DNA of 64,000 nt from contig JAWAZI010000002.1 in assembly GCA_038817835.1 (NCBI GenBank), positions 11,831-75,830 on the forward strand, written 5' to 3'. Below are positions 9,439 to 17,413 of this stretch, one piece after another. This stretch comes from Candidatus Pacearchaeota archaeon. Its GTDB lineage: Archaea; Nanobdellota; Nanobdellia; Pacearchaeales; JAPDKA01. The position numbers and the translations under genes were made by a program. The first letter of the stretch is position 1; the number at the start of each line of letters is the position of its first letter. Under the pieces are notes generated by a model, which saw nothing but the letters and a program-made list of their open reading frames with translations, was not told where the DNA came from and made no database searches.

Positions 9439-10170
9439 ATGGAATGCTATATTGGCACAAGTGGGTATGTTTATTGGCATTGGAGAGATAGATTTTATCC
9501 TAAAGAATTAAGCAGTTATAAATGGTTTGATTATTATGCAAAATATTTTAATACAGTAGAAATAAATATGTCCTTCTATAAATGGCCGAGTGAAAATATA
9601 ATAAAAGCGTGGAAAAATAAAGTAAAAAAACTTGAAAAAGAAGGAAAAATTTTTCTATATACTTTAAAAGCAAACAAACAAATTACTCATATAAGAAAAC
9701 TTATTGGTATTAAAAAAATTTTAAAAAATTTTTATAAATTAGCTGAAAATATTGAGCCCTATTTAGGATGTATATTATTTCAATTACCACCATCATTAAA
9801 ATTTGATGAAAAAAGAATAGAAAATTTTGTAAATTTATTAGATGAAAACTATATAAATGTAATAGAATTTAGACATAAATCTTGGTGGAACAATGGGGTT
9901 TATAAAATATTAAAAAATAAAGCTGTTTTTTGTATAGTTTCTGCTCCAAATCTTCCTGAAGATTTTATAAAAACTCATGAAAATATTTACATAAGATTTC
10001 ATGGAAAACAAGGATGGTATAGAAGTAATTATAGTGATAATGAACTAAAAGATTGGGCAAAAAAAATAAAAAATAGCAAAGCAAAAAAAGTTTTTGTATA
10101 TTTTAACAATGATTTTAATGCTTATGCTGTGTTTAATGCATTAAAATTAAAAGAATTTTTAAAATGTTAA
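9439..10170 (+). CDS. DUF72 (UPF0759) family protein
   Basis: 243 aa. Contains IGTSGYVYWHWRDRFYP and FQLPPSLKF, blocks typical of DUF72. Confidence 0.8.
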   Translation: MECYIGTSGYVYWHWRDRFYPKELSSYKWFDYYAKYFNTVEINMSFYKWPSENIIKAWKNKVKKLEKEGKIFLYTLKANKQITHIRKLIGIKKILKNFYKLAENIEPYLGCILFQLPPSLKFDEKRIENFVNLLDENYINVIEFRHKSWWNNGVYKILKNKAVFCIVSAPNLPEDFIKTHENIYIRFHGKQGWYRSNYSDNELKDWAKKIKNSKAKKVFVYFNNDFNAYAVFNALKLKEFLKC

Positions 10171-10691
10171 AACAGATAAAAAGAAGAAAAAATAGGACAA
10201 ATTTGATTATTTCTATATCTGCTGGAATTTTAATGATATTAAGTGTTATTGGCTTTGCATTAAATTTAACTCAACAAAAAGAGAAAAATGAAAAAGAATT
10301 TAAAGTTAATATTTATGGGAAGGAAATAGTTGTAAAATTAATTTATTTTGAGAATGAAACAAATGATGTTTTATTAAATTATAACCCAAATATTAATGAT
10401 TTCATAAATAAAAAAATTTATTTTTATTCTCATCCAAAAATTAGAGAAAATTCTCAAAGACTTTTATATTATATTAGCATATTTAGCTTAATAAAAGAAA
10501 CATGTGTAATTGGATATGAATGCTTTAATAATGAATTACCTATAAAAGATTGTAATAATGAAATAATAATTTTTGAATATTCAAATGAAACAAAAATAGA
10601 TAAAAATGATAAATGTATAATAATAAAAGGTAATGAAACAAATATAGATAAAACTATTGATGCTTTCCTTTACAAAATTTTCAAAAAATGA
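10164..10691 (+). CDS. N-terminally membrane-anchored hypothetical protein
   Basis: 175 aa. A basic head (KQIKRRKNRTN) is followed by one TM helix, then a Cys-containing extracytoplasmic domain. Overlaps its neighbours. Confidence 0.55.
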   Translation: MLKQIKRRKNRTNLIISISAGILMILSVIGFALNLTQQKEKNEKEFKVNIYGKEIVVKLIYFENETNDVLLNYNPNINDFINKKIYFYSHPKIRENSQRLLYYISIFSLIKETCVIGYECFNNELPIKDCNNEIIIFEYSNETKIDKNDKCIIIKGNETNIDKTIDAFLYKIFKK

Positions 10692-11290
10692 AAAAAGGAG
10701 TAGAATTTTTAGGAGTAATTTTAATAATTTTAATAGCTATAGCTCTAGCTGGAATTGTATATGGATTAATAAGCCCATACATTAATAAATTAAATAATAT
10801 TGGTTCTTACTGCAAAGTTAATGATTTTTTTATTATAGAAGAAGCATGTAGTTATAAAATAGATAATTATGATATATTATATATATTTCTCTATCGTCCT
10901 TTAGCAAGTGAATTAGATCAAACATATTTTTTAGTTAAGTTATTTGTTGATGGAAAGAAAATTAATATAGCTTTTGATAATAGAACATTCTTTGAATATT
11001 ATAATGGAGAAATAAAAAATGGTAGTGGTAAAATTGAAAAAGGAGAAGGAAAAAGTTTTATAATAATATTAAATCCATATAATATAAGCCATTTAAACAT
11101 TAAAGCTTTAGCAATAAGTATGGTAGGAAAAAAAGATAATATAGAATTTTCATGTGGATTCACAGATGAAATAAAAATCAATGAATGTAAAGGAATAAAA
11201 ATAAATAATATAGGAGAAATAAATATTGAAAATTTAGAAAATTTAAAAAATAATAACAAAGATCAGAAAATTTTAAATTTACCATGGTAA
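10688..11290 (+). CDS. pilin-like (class III signal peptide-like) secreted protein
   Basis: 200 aa. The N-terminus MKKGVEFLGVILIILIAIALAGIVYG resembles the archaeal prepilin signal (basic head, Gly, Glu, hydrophobic stretch). Confidence 0.5.
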   Translation: MKKGVEFLGVILIILIAIALAGIVYGLISPYINKLNNIGSYCKVNDFFIIEEACSYKIDNYDILYIFLYRPLASELDQTYFLVKLFVDGKKINIAFDNRTFFEYYNGEIKNGSGKIEKGEGKSFIIILNPYNISHLNIKALAISMVGKKDNIEFSCGFTDEIKINECKGIKINNIGEINIENLENLKNNNKDQKILNLPW

Positions 11291-11910
11291 ATAAAAAAAT
11301 ATTATTAATTTTAATTTTTTTGTTATTTTTTTCTTTCTCATGTATAAAAAAAGAAAAAGAATTCAATTTTAATGGTTTTAATTATAGTATTATTAATTAT
11401 GGAAAAACAAATGAAGGAAAAAATATAATTGTATATCTAACTAAAATATATTTTCCAGATAAAGATATAATTTATAACCTTTATTTAAGATATGATCCAA
11501 GAAAAAATAATGTTTCTATACAAATAAATAATTTAAAAGAAATTAAGGCTTTAACTTATATAGCTTTTGATAAAAAATTTGAAAATAAAAAATGTATCGA
11601 ATTAACTTTGGCAGGTTTTAGATTAGGAGAATTTTTATATGTTCTCGGTGTAAAAAAAGAAGTAGCAATATTTGATGAAACTAATAGTACTTTTAATGAA
11701 AAATATATTACAATAACTAATTATAATTTCTCTGAAGAAAACAATTTAACATTGATAATATTAAAATATGGTAATGAAGAAAAAGTTTACAATATAAATA
11801 ATACAATTATTATTCAGAGCAATGATTGTAATATCCTTCAAGCTGTAGAAAAATTTATTTTATTTGTTATTGAAAGATTAAAAAATTTAAACACAATAAA
11901 ACCTTTATAA
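11284..11910 (+). CDS. putative lipoprotein / secreted protein
   Basis: 208 aa. The signal peptide ends in a lipobox-like FSFSC. Confidence 0.5.
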   Translation: MVNKKILLILIFLLFFSFSCIKKEKEFNFNGFNYSIINYGKTNEGKNIIVYLTKIYFPDKDIIYNLYLRYDPRKNNVSIQINNLKEIKALTYIAFDKKFENKKCIELTLAGFRLGEFLYVLGVKKEVAIFDETNSTFNEKYITITNYNFSEENNLTLIILKYGNEEKVYNINNTIIIQSNDCNILQAVEKFILFVIERLKNLNTIKPL

Positions 11911-12041
11911 TTCAAAAAAATTCAAAAAATATAATCAAAAATATATGTTTTAAAATACAAAAATATTTTTAAATAAAAGAAAATTGTTTTAAAAAAGAAA
12001 AGAAAGGGGGAAATGAAACAAAAAACTTTTTCTTATAATCA

Positions 12042-12077
12042 GAGGAGTGCAAAATTTAAAAAGTTTTTGCACTCCTC
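12042..12077. promoter_or_regulatory. perfect 13-bp inverted repeat (GAGGAGTGCAAAA-N10-TTTTGCACTCCTC) upstream of ftsZ
   Basis: The arms at 12042-12054 and 12065-12077 are exact reverse complements. They are conspicuously GC-rich for this genome. The loop carries the TATA-like sequence TTTAAAAAG. The repeat ends 31 nt before the ftsZ ATG. Confidence 0.6.
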
Positions 12078-12107
12078 AAAAGAAGTAAATTTATATTCAT
12101 AATAAAA

Positions 12108-13181
12108 ATGTGGGAGATAGCACGAGAAGCAATAGAAAATGCTGAAAAATATGGAATAAATTTTGATGAACTTAAAGCAGGTAAAGCTAATATAAAAGTT
12201 TTTGGTATTGGTGGGGCCGGATGTAATGCAGTAACATGGTTATATAATAAAGGAATAGAAGGAGCAAAAGTATATGCATTAAATACTGATGCCTTACACT
12301 TAAGCATAACAAAGGCAGATGAAAAAATATTAATTGGAAAAGAATTAACAAGAGGATTAGGTTGTGGAGGCTATCCAGAAAAAGGAGCTCTTGCAGCAAA
12401 AGAAAGTATAGCAGAAATAAAGAAAGCTGTTCAAGGAGCTGATATGGTTTGGATTATTGCTGGAATGGGTGGAGGTACAGGAACTGGTGGTGCACCTGTT
12501 GTTGCACAAGTAGCAAAAGAAGCAGGAGCTATAACAATTGGTGTAGTAACTATGCCATTTGAAACTGAAAAAGCAAGAATGGATAAAGCAGAATTTGGTT
12601 TACAACAATTAAGAGAATATTGTGATACTGTAATTGTTATAGATAATAATAGACTTGTTGAAATTGCAGGAAATTTGCCTATTGAAAAAGCATTTGCAGT
12701 TGCAAATGAATTAATAAGTACAATGATAAAGGGTATTGTAGAAACAATAACAATTCCATCATTAATTAATTTAGATTTTGCTGATGTATCAGCAATAATG
12801 AAAAATGGTGATGTAGCAATTATTGGTGTAGGTCAAAGTGATACTGCAAATAGAGTAGAAGAAGCTGTAAGAGCGGCATTAGCTCATCCATTGCTTGATG
12901 TTGATTATAAAGGTGCAAATGGTGCTTTGATACATGTAACATGTGGAGAAGATCTAAAGCTTGAAGAATTGAACAATATTGGTGAGCTTGTAACTCAGCA
13001 CTTAAATCCAGATGCAAATGTAATTTTAGGAGCAAGGATAAATAAGGACTACAAAGGTAAAGTAAAAGTAATAACAATAATTACTGGAGTAAAAAGCCCA
13101 TATATACTTGGAAGGCCCCAAAAAGTAAGTGAAATAACACCTAAATTTTCAGAAGAACTAGGAATAACAGTATTCAAATAA
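12108..13181 (+). CDS. ftsZ: cell division protein FtsZ
   Basis: 357 aa. Contains GIGGAGCNAV and the tubulin signature GMGGGTGTGGAPV, followed by NTDALHL and a T7-loop region. Confidence 0.95.
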   Translation: MWEIAREAIENAEKYGINFDELKAGKANIKVFGIGGAGCNAVTWLYNKGIEGAKVYALNTDALHLSITKADEKILIGKELTRGLGCGGYPEKGALAAKESIAEIKKAVQGADMVWIIAGMGGGTGTGGAPVVAQVAKEAGAITIGVVTMPFETEKARMDKAEFGLQQLREYCDTVIVIDNNRLVEIAGNLPIEKAFAVANELISTMIKGIVETITIPSLINLDFADVSAIMKNGDVAIIGVGQSDTANRVEEAVRAALAHPLLDVDYKGANGALIHVTCGEDLKLEELNNIGELVTQHLNPDANVILGARINKDYKGKVKVITIITGVKSPYILGRPQKVSEITPKFSEELGITVFK

Positions 13182-13213
13182 TTTTTCTTTTTTTATTTTA
13201 TTTTTTTAAATTT

Positions 13214-13789
13214 TTAATGTCTTAAAATTTTTTCCTTTATTTCTTTTCTTTTCCATTCATCAAAATAAATTATTCTCTCATAGGCTATTAATTTTTTTTC
13301 TGGCAATTTTAAATTTTTAGGAATTTTTCCAATAGGTAATATTGCTTCTATAAATATATTATCAGGAATTTTTAATAATTCCTTAATTTTTTCATCGTAA
13401 AAATAACCAATCCAAACACTACCCAAATTTAATTCTCTTATCTTTAAAAGCATATTTTGAATAGCTGCTCCCGCCTGTTGTCTAAGATATCTTTCTCCTC
13501 TTTCTCCGTAAAATTTAATTGTTGTATCTCCATCTGTACAAACTATAATTAAACAATATGCATCAGCAACAAATGGTTGATCACAAAATTCTGCAATTTT
13601 TTTTATTTTTTCTCTATCTAAAACAACAATAAATTTTAAACTAAAAATTCCTCCAGCCATTGGTGAATATCTTGCAACATCAATAATTTCTAAAATTTTT
13701 TCTATATCAATTTTCTCAGGATTACCTTTAGCATCAAGAGAATATTTTCTTATACTCCTCCTAGTCTTTATTGCATCATCAAGTTGCAT
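13214..13789 (-). CDS. nitroreductase family protein
   Basis: 191 aa. Has the N-terminal AIKTRRSIRKY motif and an SPMAGG... layout typical of the NADH oxidase/nitroreductase fold. Confidence 0.7.
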   Translation of the reverse strand: MQLDDAIKTRRSIRKYSLDAKGNPEKIDIEKILEIIDVARYSPMAGGIFSLKFIVVLDREKIKKIAEFCDQPFVADAYCLIIVCTDGDTTIKFYGERGERYLRQQAGAAIQNMLLKIRELNLGSVWIGYFYDEKIKELLKIPDNIFIEAILPIGKIPKNLKLPEKKLIAYERIIYFDEWKRKEIKEKILRH

Positions 13790-13841
13790 TAAATATAAAA
13801 ATAAAAAATATTTAAATATTTTTATTCATCAAGTTAATTTT

Positions 13842-14117
13842 TTATTTAACACTTACAATTTTACAAGAATTATTTATACATTTCACCCCTAAATTTCCTC
13901 CAATACCTGTACAAAAATCAGGACATTGTTTTGAAGTATCAATGTATTCTTTATTTCCAAAAGCACATTCTCCAGTTTCTTTATCTATACCACAAGCACA
14001 ATCGCTATCATCTTTACAATAAAATTTATCTACTTCCATCTTTTCTTTACAACCATATAACAAAAAAACAGATAAGGATAAAAATAAAAACAATAATAAT
14101 ATAAATCTTTTTTCCAT
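13842..14117 (-). CDS. small Cys-rich secreted lipoprotein
   Basis: 91 aa. The signal peptide ends LLYGC (lipobox-like). The mature part has 10 Cys in about 65 residues. Confidence 0.5.
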   Translation of the reverse strand: MEKRFILLLFLFLSLSVFLLYGCKEKMEVDKFYCKDDSDCACGIDKETGECAFGNKEYIDTSKQCPDFCTGIGGNLGVKCINNSCKIVSVK

Positions 14118-14185
14118 TTTAGCATATTTATTTTTTATTTAAAAATTTTACTAAAAATTTAAAAATTAAAAAATTAAAAAATTAA

Positions 14186-14704
14186 ATGGTTAAAGGAGTT
14201 TATCATTATCTAAGCCAAACTTGGAGAGAAGGAAAATTTGAGATTGATTTAATTAAGTTAAGAAAAGAGCCATCATTAATTTTATTAAAAAGACCTACAA
14301 GAATTGATAAAGCTAGAAGATTAGGATATAAAGCTAAGCCGGGCATATATATTGCTAGAGTAAAATTAAAAAGAGGCGGCCATAAAAGACCTCGACCAAG
14401 GAGTGGTAGAAAACCTTCAAGATTACATACAAAAAAAAATTTAAGAATGAATTATAGATGGATTGCTGAACAAAGAGCCGCAAGAAAAACTGGATTAGAA
14501 GTTTTAAATAGCTATTTCTTAGCCAAAGATGGAAAATATTATTGGTATGAAATAATTTTAATTGATAGAGAAAATCCTGCAATAAAAGCTGATAAAAATT
14601 TAAAGTGGATAACATCAAATAAACACAAAGGTAGAGCTTTTAGAGGATTAACTTCTGCTGCAAAAAAAGCACGAGGATTAAGAGTAGGAAAAAGAGCTTG
14701 GTAA
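14186..14704 (+). CDS. rpl15e: 50S ribosomal protein L15e
   Basis: 172 aa. Contains YHYLSQTWRE, RPTRIDKARRLGYKAK.G and RGGHKRPRP, blocks characteristic of L15e. Confidence 0.92.
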   Translation: MVKGVYHYLSQTWREGKFEIDLIKLRKEPSLILLKRPTRIDKARRLGYKAKPGIYIARVKLKRGGHKRPRPRSGRKPSRLHTKKNLRMNYRWIAEQRAARKTGLEVLNSYFLAKDGKYYWYEIILIDRENPAIKADKNLKWITSNKHKGRAFRGLTSAAKKARGLRVGKRAW

Positions 14705-14713
14705 TTATAAAAA

Positions 14714-14721
14714 TTTAAATA
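14714..14721 (+). promoter_or_regulatory. TATA-box-like element for tRNA-His
   Basis: TTTAAATA is centred about 27 nt upstream of the tRNA 5' end, preceded by an A-rich BRE-like stretch. This is a weak call in such AT-rich DNA. Confidence 0.3.
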
Positions 14722-14744
14722 TTTTTTATATTTTCTTTAATTAT

Positions 14745-14816
14745 GGCGGCAGTAGTTTAATGGTAGAATGCCAGGCTGTGGCCCTGGAGGAGCGGGTTCG
14801 ATTCCCGCCTGCCGCC
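14745..14816 (+). tRNA. tRNA-His (anticodon GTG) with genomically encoded G-1
   Basis: Sequence G-GCGGCAG...CCAGGCTGTGGCCCTGG...GCGGGTTCGATTCCCGC-CTGCCGC-C. The extra 5' G pairs with discriminator C. No CCA is encoded. Confidence 0.9.
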
Positions 14817-14824
14817 CTAAAAAA

Positions 14825-16771
14825 ATGAACTTTGAAGAATTAACTGAATTGTATAAAGATTTAGAGAAAACAACAAAAAGATTAGAGAAAACTTTCATAT
14901 TAGCTAAATTTCTAAAAAAAATAAAAGAATTATATATAGAAAAAAAGATAGATGAAAAAGAAGTTAAATATACATTATATTTAGCTCAAGGGACAGTTTA
15001 TCCAGCATATAGTGAAGAGGAAATAGGAATTAGTGAAAATTTATTAATAAAAGCTATAGCTAAAGCAACTGGTATAAATGAAGAAATAATAAAAGAAAAA
15101 TGGAAAGAAATTGGAGATCTTGGAAAAGTTGCAGAAAATTTGATAAAAGAAAAAAAACAAACAACACTATTTAAAACTAAATTAACAATTACAAAAGTTG
15201 CAGAAAATTTGATAAAAGCATCAAAACTTGAAGGAGAAGGAAGCATAGATAAAAAAATTTCTCTTGTTACTGAATTATTAATAGCAGCTAATCCAATTGA
15301 AGGTAAATATGTTGCAAGAATTATACTAAATGAATTACGTATAGGGGTAGCTACTGGAATATTAAGAGATGCTATAGTATATGCAACTATGCCATTGCCG
15401 ATTCCTTTATTTATATTTTGTGAAAATTGTAAAGAATTTGTTCCATTATATGATTATTGTGTTTCATGCAAAAAAGAAATAAACAAAAAAGAATGGGAAA
15501 TAGCAACAGAAATTGAAAAAAAATTGAATAGAATAATAAAAGAAAATAAACTTAATATTGTTATAGGAAAAGACATAATTATTTTTTCATCTCTTGAAGA
15601 AGCTAGAAAAAAATTTAACGAATTTGTTGAATTAATACAACATAGCTATGATGTTACAAGTGATTTTGGGGAAGTTTTTTTAAAAGCAATAAAAGGAATT
15701 CAAGAGATAGAAAAAGTTGAAATTATTCCTGGAAAACCTATAAAAGTAATGTTAGCACTAAAAGCAAATAGTATATCTGAAGCTTTCGAAAAAGTTGGTA
15801 AACCTGCTCAAATAGAATTCAAATATGATGGATTTAGAGTTTTAATTCATAAAACAAATGAAGGAAAAATAAAAATTTTTACAAGAAGACTTGATGATGT
15901 AACAAAACAATTTCCAGAGATAGTCGATTATGTAAAAAAATTTGTAAAAGGTGATAGTTTTATAATTGATGGTGAAGCGGTTGGTTATGATCCAAAAACA
16001 AAAAAGTATAAACCATTTCAAGAAATAAGTCATAGAATAAAGAGAAAATATGATATAGAAAAATTAGCAAAAGAGCTTCCTGTTGAAGTTAATGTTTTTG
16101 ATATACTTTATTATAATGGAAAATCTTTAATTGATAAACCATTAAAGGAAAGAAGAAAATTATTAGAAAAAATAGTTACTCCAGTAAAATGGAAAATTGT
16201 ATTAGCAAAAAAATTAGTAACTGATAATGAAGATGAAGTTGAAAAATTTTATAATGAAGCATTAAATTTAGGAGAAGAAGGAATAATGCTAAAAAATCTG
16301 AATGCTCCTTATAAACCTGGAGCAAGAGTTGGATATATGATAAAATTAAAACCTAGTGAAACAACTTTAGATTTAGTAATTGTTGGTGCAGAATGGGGTA
16401 CAGGAAAGAGAGCTGGCTGGCTATCAAGTTTTATTCTCGCTTGTTATGATCCTGAAAAAAGAACTTTTTTAACTATAGGAAAAGTAGGAACAGGAATAAA
16501 AGAAAAATCTGAAGAAGGATTAAGTTTTGAAGAACTAACAAAATTGTTAAAACCATTAATAATAGAAGAAAAAGGAAGAGAAGTAAAAATAAAACCTGAA
16601 GTTGTTGTAGAAGTTATATATCAAGAAATTCAAAAAAGCCCAACATATGAAAGTGGTTATGCATTAAGATTTCCAAGAATATTAAGAATGAGACCTGATA
16701 AATCTATATATGAAGCTGATACTATAGAAACTATAAAAAAACTTTATAAAGAACAATTCGAAAAAAAATAA
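14825..16771 (+). CDS. lig: ATP-dependent DNA ligase (archaeal Lig) with internal 4-Cys insertion
   Basis: Start set at MNFEELTELYKDLEKT, because the track ORF start at 14768 runs through tRNA-His. Contains the adenylation motif EFKYDGFRV, plus EGIMLK, LKPS..TLDLVIVGAEWG.GKR and FPRILRMRPDK. Confidence 0.92.
   Translation: MNFEELTELYKDLEKTTKRLEKTFILAKFLKKIKELYIEKKIDEKEVKYTLYLAQGTVYPAYSEEEIGISENLLIKAIAKATGINEEIIKEKWKEIGDLGKVAENLIKEKKQTTLFKTKLTITKVAENLIKASKLEGEGSIDKKISLVTELLIAANPIEGKYVARIILNELRIGVATGILRDAIVYATMPLPIPLFIFCENCKEFVPLYDYCVSCKKEINKKEWEIATEIEKKLNRIIKENKLNIVIGKDIIIFSSLEEARKKFNEFVELIQHSYDVTSDFGEVFLKAIKGIQEIEKVEIIPGKPIKVMLALKANSISEAFEKVGKPAQIEFKYDGFRVLIHKTNEGKIKIFTRRLDDVTKQFPEIVDYVKKFVKGDSFIIDGEAVGYDPKTKKYKPFQEISHRIKRKYDIEKLAKELPVEVNVFDILYYNGKSLIDKPLKERRKLLEKIVTPVKWKIVLAKKLVTDNEDEVEKFYNEALNLGEEGIMLKNLNAPYKPGARVGYMIKLKPSETTLDLVIVGAEWGTGKRAGWLSSFILACYDPEKRTFLTIGKVGTGIKEKSEEGLSFEELTKLLKPLIIEEKGREVKIKPEVVVEVIYQEIQKSPTYESGYALRFPRILRMRPDKSIYEADTIETIKKLYKEQFEKK
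15124..15218 (+). repeat. exact 26-nt in-frame direct repeat inside lig (15124-15149 and 15193-15218)
   Basis: AAAAGTTGCAGAAAATTTGATAAAAG occurs twice, 69 nt (23 codons) apart. It encodes KVAENLIK twice. Confidence 0.9.
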
Positions 16772-17406
16772 TGACAAAAAAATTAAAAATTCTTGCAGCA
16801 GGAGATATCCACGGAGATAAAAAATTAGTTAAAAAACTAGTTGAGAAAGCAGAAAAATATAATGTTGATTTAGTTATTTTAACTGGAGATATAACTTTTA
16901 ATGAATTTGATACTGAAAATATTATAGGTCCATTCCTTGAAAAAAAGAAAAAAGTTTTATTAATTCCAGGAAATCATGAGACACTAGCAACAATAGATTT
17001 TCTTGTTGATCTTTATGGACCTGATGTAAAAAATATCCATGGATATTCATTAAAAATAGGAAATGTTGGTATATTTGGTGTTGGTGGAGCAGTAGAAGTT
17101 GGGCCAAAATTTACATTAACAGAAAAACAAATATTCGAAACTTTAAAAAAAGGATTTGAAAAAATAAAAGATACAAAGAAAAAAATAATGGTAACTCATG
17201 TTCATCCAGCTGAGAGTTTATTAGAAAAATTCAGCGAGATTGTTCCTGGAAGTAAAAGTGTGAAAAAGGCAATTGAATATTTTAAACCAGATATAGTACT
17301 ATGTAGCCATGTTCATGAAGCAAGTGGTTTAGAAGAAAAAATTGGAAAAACAAGAGTTATAAATGTTGGAAAGGAAGGAAAAATAATAGAAATAGAAAGT
17401 GAATAA
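16771..17406 (+). CDS. calcineurin-like metallophosphoesterase
   Basis: 211 aa. Contains the GDIHGD, LTGDIT, GNHE, THVHP and CSHVHE metal-ligand motifs. The start overlaps the lig stop (TAATG). Confidence 0.8.
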   Translation: MTKKLKILAAGDIHGDKKLVKKLVEKAEKYNVDLVILTGDITFNEFDTENIIGPFLEKKKKVLLIPGNHETLATIDFLVDLYGPDVKNIHGYSLKIGNVGIFGVGGAVEVGPKFTLTEKQIFETLKKGFEKIKDTKKKIMVTHVHPAESLLEKFSEIVPGSKSVKKAIEYFKPDIVLCSHVHEASGLEEKIGKTRVINVGKEGKIIEIESE

Positions 17407-17413
17407 AATATCA

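Noticed and set aside
12056-13077. Antisense ORFs inside ftsZ (12056-12307, 12187-12399, 12820-13077). Similar shadow ORFs lie inside other genes: 630-848, 4036-4251, 6355-6621, 9257-9480, 10999-11366, 14355-14618, 14998-15246, 15842-16033, 16922-17107, 17940-18215, 20690-21568, 22351-22575, 23460-23669, 28622-28849, 30989-31174, 33295-33504, 37320-37511, 40780-41418, 43160-43384, 44635-44853, 46285-46539, 52121-52342, 53098-53346, 55653-55838 and 56285-56732.
   Set aside because: All lie opposite or out of frame to genes with strong family signatures. They translate to low-complexity L/F/I/S-rich strings, as expected from AT-rich codon complements. None has a recognisable motif.
14118-14185. 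Short tandem AAAAATT-type repeats upstream of rpl15e (AAAAATTTAAAAATTAAAAAATTAAAAAATTAAATG). A similar T-tract run lies in 18891-18992.
   Set aside because: The period of 7-8 nt is not helical phasing. Such A/T runs are everywhere in this genome. They most likely reflect ordinary AT-rich promoter DNA rather than a specific repeat element or CRISPR-like array.
14768-14824. The track ORF for the DNA ligase starts at 14768 (MPGCGPGGAGSIPACRPKK...).
   Set aside because: These 19 codons are simply the GC-rich 3' half of tRNA-His read as protein. The conserved ligase N-terminus begins at MNFEELTELYKDLEKT (14825).
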